Both the position numbers and the translations under genes were made by a program. Positions 56,754 to 64,000 of a stretch of 64,000 nt of DNA are shown here, one piece after another. The stretch's first letter is position 1; each line of letters opens with the position of its first letter. Source of the DNA: a virus (Duplodnaviria > Caudoviricetes); IMG/VR virus record IMGVR_UViG_3300011701_000001, positions 1-64,000 of that record. The stretch is one strand, 5' to 3'. Under the pieces are notes generated by a model. It made no database searches, was not told where the DNA came from, and worked only from the letters and a program-made list of their open reading frames with translations.

Positions 56754-57065
56754 ATGTCTAACGAACAAAGTAAAGTTGTAACAAAAGTAATTGATGTACG
56801 TCATAAAGCACCAGATCAAGCTATTCATGAATTGATGCAAGCTGCTAAAGATGGATTTGCTGTAACTAAGATTGCAACACGATTCAATCACACTCATGTT
56901 TATCTCGAAGCGAGTACCAAGCAAGTGCCAAAAACTGATGATGCTGCTAAAGAAGCAGTGGTAGAGAAAGAGGAAGATAAACCTGTAAAAACTACAGCTA
57001 AGAAAGCAACATCTAAAAATACTGCTACCAAGAAAGTTGAGCAGGGAGAAAAAGATGCTGAGTGA
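56754..57065 (+). CDS. Hypothetical protein with K/A/T-rich tail
   Basis: ORF track; own promoter. Confidence 0.7.
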   Translation: MSNEQSKVVTKVIDVRHKAPDQAIHELMQAAKDGFAVTKIATRFNHTHVYLEASTKQVPKTDDAAKEAVVEKEEDKPVKTTAKKATSKNTATKKVEQGEKDAE

Positions 57066-57226
57066 TGGTTATGGTTTAGGTAAAGAAGGTTGGGATGGTA
57101 AACAATCTGAAGGGTATGGTCTAGGTTAACTAATGTGCGAAGCGTAGTGCATTAACAATGGATTGATGTTAAACATGGAAGTTTACTTATAAGTAGTTTA
57201 ATTTAATATTTTATTTAATTGGAGAT

Positions 57227-57526
57227 TTGAAGTTGAGTGTTCTAAATAAGTTAAATGAATTTATAATGTCGTTAGATGAGTACAGTTTTAACAAAGTTGA
57301 GTATCAAACTGCATCATCTGGTTTGTTTTCAGAGACAACGGTTTTAATTAACGATACGAAGATTATTTTAGAAAAGATTGGTTCTGAGTTTAGTCTAACG
57401 GTTAACGATCAGACCGGAGAGTTGAGTTTAGAGGAATATTTAGATTTGTATGACCGTTTTGCAGATGCTAATAGAGAAATGCAGGATGTTTTAAATTCAG
57501 AATTTTACAAAAGTTTGGAGAGTTAA
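57227..57526 (+). CDS. Hypothetical protein
   Basis: ORF track; RBS. Confidence 0.6.
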   Translation: MKLSVLNKLNEFIMSLDEYSFNKVEYQTASSGLFSETTVLINDTKIILEKIGSEFSLTVNDQTGELSLEEYLDLYDRFADANREMQDVLNSEFYKSLES

Positions 57527-57527
57527 T

Positions 57528-57797
57528 TTGTATAAAGCAGTTGGTGATGGATTGGTAGTTGAATACCAAGAACAAGAGAATATGTCCAGTGGTGGTATTG
57601 TATTAACAGGCACAGCAATGTCTACACCACATGATATTGTTCAGAGTAAAGTGTTAAGTGTTGGTAGTGGTGTCCCACAAAATAGTTTAATTAAAGTTGG
57701 TGATATTGTATTGACATCTAAAGAGGCTTTAGTTAAACTTGATGACAACACTAGCAGTGTTAAGTGGACACGAGTTGTTGGGGTGGTCAATGGATAA
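57528..57797 (+). CDS. groES: GroES-like co-chaperonin
   Basis: GD.LVVE...E..SSGGIVL mobile loop; V.SVG.G...IKVGD.V. Confidence 0.85.
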   Translation: MYKAVGDGLVVEYQEQENMSSGGIVLTGTAMSTPHDIVQSKVLSVGSGVPQNSLIKVGDIVLTSKEALVKLDDNTSSVKWTRVVGVVNG

Positions 57798-58032
57798 GTT
57801 AACAATGGAGCACATCAAAAGCTTAATTGATGATGTTGAGTTTATCATAGACCCTCAAGTTATTGTCTGTAAGGTGAAAGTTGATGAAGCAACAGTGGTC
57901 GGTGTATCATACTGTTTCAGTAAATCATCTTACAATGAGGAAGCTGGTAAGAAATCGGCATACAATGATGCAATAAATCAGTTGTTTGATTTAGAAGCAT
58001 ATCACCAAAAACTTATTCGTAGTGAAGTTTAA
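57790..58032 (+). CDS. Phage Gp49/Gp66-family protein
   Basis: LT.EHI..LI...VC......VVG.S.C....Y.EEAG...A..DAI.QL..LEAY. Confidence 0.7.
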   Translation: MDKLTMEHIKSLIDDVEFIIDPQVIVCKVKVDEATVVGVSYCFSKSSYNEEAGKKSAYNDAINQLFDLEAYHQKLIRSEV

Positions 58033-58051
58033 TTAAGAGTGGATAAGTAAA

Positions 58052-58567
58052 ATGGTTTCAGTATTAAAAATTGGTAATTTAGAATGGCTATCGGGAATAA
58101 CTTGTGGAAAAACTAATATGACAAATCCTAATACAATTGAAATACATGGTGAAAAAACAATAGTTAAGCTTTGTGAGTTTGGAGCTGAACACAACATGGA
58201 AGGTTGCTCATTTACTGAAATTGTTGAACGTCTGGTAACTGAGTACCAACGTGCCAAAGATATAATTCCTAAGAACCCTAAGTTCTTTAGTTATGATTTC
58301 GATGGTGAAGGTATTCAGTTTCACAAAACCATAGATGAAGCCAAAAAGAATACTGAGGCAAACCTCGATCATTATAGAGATAGAGTTGCTGATGGTTTTA
58401 ATGTTGTAGATGATGGTAACTTTCATGATGTTTGCTATGGTGTTGTGCTTGGTTCTGCGGCTTATTCAGTTGATGAAGTGGTAACAGAAGAACATCATCA
58501 AAACGATGACTACACAAAATATGAAGTTGGAACAGAAATTCTCAGTCTATATGTGGAAGAAGCTTAA
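58052..58567 (+). CDS. Hypothetical protein
   Basis: ORF track. Confidence 0.6.
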   Translation: MVSVLKIGNLEWLSGITCGKTNMTNPNTIEIHGEKTIVKLCEFGAEHNMEGCSFTEIVERLVTEYQRAKDIIPKNPKFFSYDFDGEGIQFHKTIDEAKKNTEANLDHYRDRVADGFNVVDDGNFHDVCYGVVLGSAAYSVDEVVTEEHHQNDDYTKYEVGTEILSLYVEEA

Positions 58568-58664
58568 TTAAGTTTAAAATAGGAGAAGTAAATGTTAAAC
58601 GTAAATGATTTTAAAAACCTAAAGAGTACAAAAGAAAGTCGTCTTAAACTTCTATACTTGTTGA

Positions 58665-58979
58665 ATGATAAAGAGAAGCAAATTTTTAAGAACTTTGTTA
58701 AGAGTGTGGGTGTTTAATATGACACCACACAATAAGTTCCTTGATTTTTTAGACACAGTTGAAAATGAACAAACAGAAGTCGTAATTGAAAGTGTTCCTG
58801 CTGATAAACACTGGATTTCAACAATTGAGATCAATGGTGAAGAAGCTAAGTTATTGCGACTTAACGATAACTACATTTTTGTATTCAACGATGAAGCTCA
58901 GGTTTTGAATTTGACTCAGTACAACAAGGTTGCTGAATCTTTTGAGAAAGTTTTAAAATTCTTACAAGGTAATAGTTAG
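58665..58979 (+). CDS. Hypothetical protein (start probably MTPHNK)
   Basis: ORF track; resembles 57227..57526 in composition. Confidence 0.55.
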   Translation: MIKRSKFLRTLLRVWVFNMTPHNKFLDFLDTVENEQTEVVIESVPADKHWISTIEINGEEAKLLRLNDNYIFVFNDEAQVLNLTQYNKVAESFEKVLKFLQGNS

Positions 58980-58986
58980 TGTTTAT

Positions 58987-59022
58987 GAGGTGTGATGCTA
59001 TAAAGGTGTTGCACCTCTTTTT
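58987..59022 (+). terminator. Intrinsic terminator
   Basis: GAGGTG...CACCTC hairpin followed by TTTTT. Confidence 0.65.
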
Positions 59023-59043
59023 GTACATATTTAAGGAGTTATC

Positions 59044-59295
59044 TTGAACAGAAAACAGAAGAAGCTTAAGCGACTTAAAGCTACATTCCACAAAGATCAT
59101 TGCAATTGGTTGAAAGGTGGAAACCCTCGTAAATTTAGAAAGAAAACCTTTCGTGGTATTCTTGCATCGAGGGGTATCAGGGTCAGTCATAGGAAGCTGC
59201 GAGAGTTAAGTGATAGAACCATGAAAGCATATTTAGATGCTTACAATGATGGTTCTTATCTAAATTGGAAGAAAGAAGATATTGTTGAGTTATAG
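59044..59295 (+). CDS. Basic hypothetical protein
   Basis: ORF track; AAGGAG RBS. Confidence 0.6.
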   Translation: MNRKQKKLKRLKATFHKDHCNWLKGGNPRKFRKKTFRGILASRGIRVSHRKLRELSDRTMKAYLDAYNDGSYLNWKKEDIVEL

Positions 59296-59304
59296 GAGTG
59301 TTAA

Positions 59305-60081
59305 ATGAAATACATGGGTAGTAAAGCGAGAATTGCTAAACACATTTTACCAATCATGTTAGCGGAAGCAGAGAAACATGGGATTACTAAATGGGTAGAA
59401 CCTTTTGTTGGTGGAGCAAATTCCTTACAGAAAGTTCCAAAGACTTTTGATCGCATTGGAATTGACAACAACAGATTCTTAATTGCAATGTACCAGTCTT
59501 TACAAAAGAATGGTTTTTGCTTCCTTGAGGATATTGATAAGGAGTTCTATTCAAATATTCGAGATTGCTATAACAATTCAACAACCTACACAAAAGATGG
59601 TGATGCTGTTGGTGATGAACTTATTGGTTGGGTCGGTTTCATGGCATCAGCAAACGGTAGATTCTTTGAGGGTGGTTACAGTGGTAAGTCTAATACTAAA
59701 GTTGGTACTGTTAGAAACTACATTGATGAGAGTATTCGAGGGTTGAAAAAAGAATGGGATGATATTAAGGGTATTAATTTTGAACACGGAACATTTAGTG
59801 ATTTTGATTTTAATAACTCCTTAATTTATTGTGACCCACCGTATAAGAACACTAAACAATACTCAACATCTAAAGGTTTTGATTACGACTTATTTTATGA
59901 TTGGTGTCGTAAGCAAAAAGAAAATGGTAATATTGTTTTTGTTAGTGAATATGAGATGCCAGAAGATTTTAAAGAGGTCTGGGCGCAAGAGGTTAAGAGT
60001 TCGTTGTCTGCCAATGGTGTGACTGGTGGGAATAAAGTTAGTGTTGAGAAGTTGTTTCGTGTCAACGGAGGATTTAAATAA
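59305..60081 (+). CDS. dam: DNA adenine methyltransferase (Dam/D12 class)
   Basis: YMGSK, EPFVGG SAM-binding motif, IYCDPPY catalytic motif. Confidence 0.9.
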   Translation: MKYMGSKARIAKHILPIMLAEAEKHGITKWVEPFVGGANSLQKVPKTFDRIGIDNNRFLIAMYQSLQKNGFCFLEDIDKEFYSNIRDCYNNSTTYTKDGDAVGDELIGWVGFMASANGRFFEGGYSGKSNTKVGTVRNYIDESIRGLKKEWDDIKGINFEHGTFSDFDFNNSLIYCDPPYKNTKQYSTSKGFDYDLFYDWCRKQKENGNIVFVSEYEMPEDFKEVWAQEVKSSLSANGVTGGNKVSVEKLFRVNGGFK

Positions 60082-60239
60082 TGGGTATGTTTGTATTTTT
60101 ATTTAGTATGCTAATGTTTGTATTGTTAGCTGTTATGGGAACAATGTGGTGTATTGTCCCCTTGTTAACAATGATCTTAGGGTGTTACCTTGTTGTGTAT
60201 GTTGATAATAATTATATCCCATCTGAGGGTGAGAAATAA
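60081..60239 (+). CDS. Small membrane protein (52 aa)
   Basis: Manual ORF with GGAGG RBS; hydrophobic. Confidence 0.55.
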   Translation: MGMFVFLFSMLMFVLLAVMGTMWCIVPLLTMILGCYLVVYVDNNYIPSEGEK

Positions 60240-60275
60240 ATGTGTTAAATAGTTGTTAAACTGTTCATAAGTGTA

Positions 60276-60304
60276 TTGACAATGATGAACAATTCAAGTA
60301 TGTT
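60276..60304 (+). promoter_or_regulatory. Sigma70-type promoter for phoH
   Basis: TTGACA-17 bp-TATGTT. Confidence 0.65.
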
Positions 60305-60341
60305 TAGTATTCATTTATTATAAAGTATATGGAGATGTTTA

Positions 60342-61145
60342 GTGTCATTAAATGCTCAACGCTACGGTGATCGTGGTAGTAAAAAGAACCGAAATAGTAA
60401 CAATCGAAAAGCAAAGGTTGAGGGAACAACTGATAGTTTACCTAAGAACAAGTGGGAGGAGGATCGTAAAGCTAAGATTAAAGTTATTCACCCTCGTAGT
60501 GATGCTCAGAAGGCTTCATTGTGGTCTTTTGAGGAGAACATGGTAACTGTTAACTCTGGCGCGGTAGCAAGTGGGAAGACTGCGGTGGCTTGTTGGTGGG
60601 CTGCTAATCAGGTAGCACAAGGTAACTTCGATAAGATTATTATTGGTCGACCAACAACAAGATTAAATGGTCGAGATAATGGACATCGACAAGGTAGTTT
60701 ACTTCAGAAGCTTTATGGTTTCCATGCACCAATGATCGAGTACATTTCTGATGTTTTTGGTCGCAATGCTGTTGATATGCAACTTGAGAAAGGTACAGGT
60801 TGGGTAGAGATACTTGATTTCGAGGCGATGCGTGGAATTACTGTACGAAATCGAACAATCCTGATTCTAGATGAAGCACAACTGCTGTACCCAGACGAAG
60901 TGGATTGCCTTATGACACGTTTAGGGGAGGGTTGTAAGATGATCTTGTGTGGAGACCCTAGCACCATGCAGAACGATAATAAAATCGAAATGAACGGGTT
61001 GCAGTATTTAGAAGAGATTGTTAGTCGTTATCATATTCCGAATATTGGTTTTGTTAAATACCGAATTAAAGATATTTGTCGAAGTGATTTTGTTTACGAT
61101 TATGTTATTGCAATGCAAGACTATCATAATTTAGACGTACAGTAA
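60342..61145 (+). CDS. phoH: PhoH-like ATPase
   Basis: G...SGKT, RP, MRG.T, ILDEAQ, TRLG, GD..Q, RS motifs. Confidence 0.92.
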   Translation: MSLNAQRYGDRGSKKNRNSNNRKAKVEGTTDSLPKNKWEEDRKAKIKVIHPRSDAQKASLWSFEENMVTVNSGAVASGKTAVACWWAANQVAQGNFDKIIIGRPTTRLNGRDNGHRQGSLLQKLYGFHAPMIEYISDVFGRNAVDMQLEKGTGWVEILDFEAMRGITVRNRTILILDEAQLLYPDEVDCLMTRLGEGCKMILCGDPSTMQNDNKIEMNGLQYLEEIVSRYHIPNIGFVKYRIKDICRSDFVYDYVIAMQDYHNLDVQ

Positions 61146-61148
61146 TGT

Positions 61149-61169
61149 GAGGTCGAAAGACCTCCTTTT
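61149..61169 (+). terminator. Intrinsic terminator after phoH
   Basis: GAGGTC-GAAA-GACCTC-CTTTT. Confidence 0.75.
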
Positions 61170-61181
61170 AGGAGTTTAACA

Positions 61182-61385
61182 TTGAAACAAGATGATCAAG
61201 ACTTTAACGACTACTACAATGCTGTTGTTGTATTAGCTATAGAAGCTGGTTTTAATCCTAAGTTTATTAAATATTATGAACTCGATATTAAAGATTATTA
61301 CTACGATGGTTTAACACCTCAAGAGTGCTTTGAGAAAGAGTTTTATGTAGGTGATGACTTAGAGATTAAATCTATTTTATATTGA
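61182..61385 (+). CDS. Hypothetical protein
   Basis: ORF track; RBS. Confidence 0.6.
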   Translation: MKQDDQDFNDYYNAVVVLAIEAGFNPKFIKYYELDIKDYYYDGLTPQECFEKEFYVGDDLEIKSILY

Positions 61386-61400
61386 TATTAGGAGAGATAA

Positions 61401-62120
61401 ATGTACGAAGAAGAAAACAAATACCCTACGATTTTTGCAACTCCACGAGGAGCGCAATATTCGATTAATGTGAGTCAGGTGTTTGGTAACGCTCACACAT
61501 TCGATGAGGTTATCCATGTACTAATGACAGCTACACCAGAAGATGTTATTGTATTTCACATTAATAGTGATGGTGGTCAGTTGTTCTCATTGGTAGCATT
61601 AAAGAATGCAATTGCATCATCTCAAGCCCAAATTCATATGAACCTTATGGGAATGGCTGCGAGTGCTGGTTCTGCTTTATTCCTAACTGATGGTGTTTCA
61701 AGCTACAGTATCGGTGAGAATACTTGCATGATGATTCACAACATGATTTCTGGAACTGGATACGACAATACGGTTACTATCAAAACTCGTGCTGACTATA
61801 ATATGAAGATGAATGAGCGATTTGTTCGTGAGACCTACAAGGACTTCTTGCTAGAGTCTGAGATTAACGATGTGATTTTTAATGCTCGTGAAATATATCT
61901 AGAAGACTTTGAGATTCGTGAACGCCTACAAAAACGAGAAGAAATGAAAGCACAACAGATGCAGAAAGAGTTTGAGGATAGTGTTAATGCTGCACCAGAC
62001 CTCTCACAATTCTCTGTAGAGGAACTTGAGGAAGAAATTCAGTTGTGTAAGGAAGATATTAAAGCTTATCAACGTGAAGTTAAATCTCGTACATCAGCTA
62101 AGGTTACTAAGGAGACATAA
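61401..62120 (+). CDS. ClpP-like serine protease
   Basis: HINSDGG, AASAGS nucleophile, MMIH. Confidence 0.85.
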   Translation: MYEEENKYPTIFATPRGAQYSINVSQVFGNAHTFDEVIHVLMTATPEDVIVFHINSDGGQLFSLVALKNAIASSQAQIHMNLMGMAASAGSALFLTDGVSSYSIGENTCMMIHNMISGTGYDNTVTIKTRADYNMKMNERFVRETYKDFLLESEINDVIFNAREIYLEDFEIRERLQKREEMKAQQMQKEFEDSVNAAPDLSQFSVEELEEEIQLCKEDIKAYQREVKSRTSAKVTKET

Positions 62121-62752
62121 TGTTCACAGCACTAGCAATTAAAAACTTTGCTGGCAGTGTGTTATCTTTTCTATGGGAATATAAATGGAGCATCCTTGTT
62201 GGTGCTCTAATTGCCTTCTTGTGGATTAGAGGTAATAATTACCAACACAAGTACGAAGAAGAGGTAATAGCACATAAACAAGAACGTGCTGCACACCTTG
62301 TCACAAAGATTGAGAATGAATTGACACTGAGGAAACTGCAAGCTGATAGTGAAACAGCTTTACGTTTAGCACAAGAAGAATCTTTACATGAGTATCAATC
62401 TTTAGTAGATAAAACAACACAAATTCAGAAGGAGTATTCTGTTCGTGAAAAAGAAATTAACAACACTATTAGTTCTCTCAACAATAGCAATGCTAGGTTG
62501 TCAGAAACAATCAGACAATACACGACCACTACCAATAGTAGTGCCAATTCCAGTGGAGAAGAAGGTGACACCAGTTCCAAGCGTTTATCTACCATCGGAG
62601 GATTACTTGAAGCGTGTACAGCAGAATATGTCTACATGGGAACAGAAGCTTCAAAACTAGGTAATAGTGTGAATACCTTGAAGACTTGGGGTGATATTGT
62701 TTTTGATAATGTTAACTCAAAAGAGGAGGGTGTAACAAATGCTATTGATTGA
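62120..62752 (+). CDS. Inner-membrane spanin (Rz-like)
   Basis: N-terminal TM helix, long coiled coil, single Cys near the C-terminus, nested lipoprotein gene. Confidence 0.75.
   Translation: MFTALAIKNFAGSVLSFLWEYKWSILVGALIAFLWIRGNNYQHKYEEEVIAHKQERAAHLVTKIENELTLRKLQADSETALRLAQEESLHEYQSLVDKTTQIQKEYSVREKEINNTISSLNNSNARLSETIRQYTTTTNSSANSSGEEGDTSSKRLSTIGGLLEACTAEYVYMGTEASKLGNSVNTLKTWGDIVFDNVNSKEEGVTNAID
62445..62660 (+). CDS. Outer-membrane spanin lipoprotein (Rz1-like), embedded in the +1 frame
   Basis: KKK plus hydrophobic signal, MLG/C lipobox, Pro-rich body; AAGGAG RBS. Confidence 0.8.
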   Translation: MKKKLTTLLVLSTIAMLGCQKQSDNTRPLPIVVPIPVEKKVTPVPSVYLPSEDYLKRVQQNMSTWEQKLQN

Positions 62753-63152
62753 GAAGTCTAAGAAGTTTAAGTTTAAGTATTACTCAGGATATGAGTTTAA
62801 CGATGTAAACAGGCACAAAATTTATATCGTTTATTTCATGTTCTGGTGTTTTGTCTTTATGAATAAAGATAGCGATATTACAAACACATTTAATGCTGCA
62901 TACACAACGAAGGACTTGTCTTGGGTTGATGCTATTAAAGAGGAGAAAGAGAAGTGGAAGGACTACTATGAAAAGTACTGGTACGACACCTACATGGATG
63001 ATTTTACACACTTCAAGGGATTAATTGAAGATCGTGATAAAGAGATTCAATTGTACAAAGACTCATACCATAACGTACTTAACCTTGCTAGAGGGTTGAG
63101 AACACTTCAACGTGATGGTATTGAACTGTTGGAAAGTTTAGAAAAGAAGTAA
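62739..63152 (+). CDS. Hypothetical protein
   Basis: ORF track; RBS. Confidence 0.65.
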   Translation: MLLIEKSKKFKFKYYSGYEFNDVNRHKIYIVYFMFWCFVFMNKDSDITNTFNAAYTTKDLSWVDAIKEEKEKWKDYYEKYWYDTYMDDFTHFKGLIEDRDKEIQLYKDSYHNVLNLARGLRTLQRDGIELLESLEKK

Positions 63153-63159
63153 TATTCAC

Positions 63160-63196
63160 AAGGAGTGTTGACACAACGTTAGCACTCCTTTATTAT
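63160..63196 (+). promoter_or_regulatory. Hairpin terminator overlapping a sigma70 promoter
   Basis: AAGGAGTGTTGAC...GTTAGCACTCCTT inverted repeat containing TTGACA-17 bp-TATTAT. Confidence 0.6.
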
Positions 63197-63238
63197 TGTC
63201 TTTAGAAAGTCAAACATGTATTAAGTAGGAAAAAACAA

Positions 63239-63628
63239 ATGTCGTTAGCATTAGCACTCAAAACAGCATTAGCATTAAATGAGTATGAAACAGAGCAGCA
63301 ACAGAAGAAAGAACTCAAAGAGAAAGCATGGAATCCTGATGTTCTTGTAACAGGTGGTATTACTTGGTGGAATCGTAAAGTTGTTAAACAAGTCGTAGAT
63401 AAAAAGACAAACGTTGTTAAAGATAAAGAAACTATACAGAAGGTTAAAATCACTGTATTAACACAAGACCAAGACCCTACAGAAGTGGGTAACAAAGGTA
63501 AGTTTTCATTCCGTAATGCTTGTGGGAACAGAATCTATATTGGTGTAAAATCATATAAAGAAGCTGATGAGTTTGTTGCAGAGTTTTATGGTAAAGGGAC
63601 ATATCGTGTTTCGTCAGTTGTAAACTGA
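63239..63628 (+). CDS. Hypothetical protein
   Basis: ORF track; RBS; follows a promoter. Confidence 0.7.
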   Translation: MSLALALKTALALNEYETEQQQKKELKEKAWNPDVLVTGGITWWNRKVVKQVVDKKTNVVKDKETIQKVKITVLTQDQDPTEVGNKGKFSFRNACGNRIYIGVKSYKEADEFVAEFYGKGTYRVSSVVN

Positions 63629-63660
63629 GAACAGTTCACAATTAATTTAGGAGAAAAGAA

Positions 63661-64000
63661 ATGAGTGATAGTTGGAAAAAGAAAGTTAAATCTAGAATCA
63701 CTGATGAGCAGAAAGAGATTGAAAAGTTTAAGAATGATCGCAAGGTTATCTTGGATAAAGTTACCAAAGCTGTTTATGAGGTTTATGATTTAACAGGAAT
63801 TAAGATTAGAAATATATATGATGTTTCTGAGTATATTGATGGTCATCCAGTTAAGGATGAGTTGAATATGAGTGGGTTTAATCGTGCGGTAGATTATTGT
63901 TTTAGAGTAACATATGAAGGACGAACACATGACTTCTACTGGCATGAGTTTCACTCGTCTATAAACAAAAACTACAAGAAGCATAGTTGGAAAGGTTGGT
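63661..64000 (+). CDS. Hypothetical protein, partial (MSDSWKKK...)
   Basis: AGGAG RBS; frame stays open to the window end. Confidence 0.65.
   Translation, partial: MSDSWKKKVKSRITDEQKEIEKFKNDRKVILDKVTKAVYEVYDLTGIKIRNIYDVSEYIDGHPVKDELNMSGFNRAVDYCFRVTYEGRTHDFYWHEFHSSINKNYKKHSWKGW

Noticed and set aside
1-64000. Integrated prophage or bacterial flanks
   Set aside because: No host housekeeping genes, integrase or att-like junction are visible; the entire window is phage-like.

Overview
This window is about 64 kb of an AT-rich tailed-phage genome with a contractile-tail (myovirus) gene set. The host is probably Acinetobacter, inferred from the style of the tail-spike, replication-initiator and lysin proteins. 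Positions 1-50431 are transcribed on the minus strand. They carry the replication genes (5'-3' exonuclease, SSB, family-B DNA polymerase, T7 gp4-like primase-helicase, dCMP deaminase, tRNA-Arg and an HTH replication initiator), two tailspike-type receptor-binding proteins, lysin and holins, and a complete baseplate/tail/head/terminase block. Positions 51044-64000 are on the plus strand and carry accessory genes (degenerate SF2-type ATPase, MazG-cupin plus a mini class II aaRS pair, GroES, a Gp49-family protein, Dam-like MTase, PhoH, ClpP-like protease, nested spanins). The most unusual elements are: (1) a ~1 kb promoter-driven, highly structured non-coding leader in front of the morphogenesis operon, with duplicated RNA modules, a pseudoknot and a 32-aa hydrophobic peptide; (2) a truncated TerL ATPase paralog with inactivated motifs; (3) a plasmid/lambdoid-type iteron origin with a perfect DnaA box inside the initiator gene, plus a copy of the iteron over that gene's own promoter; (4) the MazG-cupin / mini-aaRS cassette. 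All family calls come from manual motif recognition; no searches or folding programs were run.
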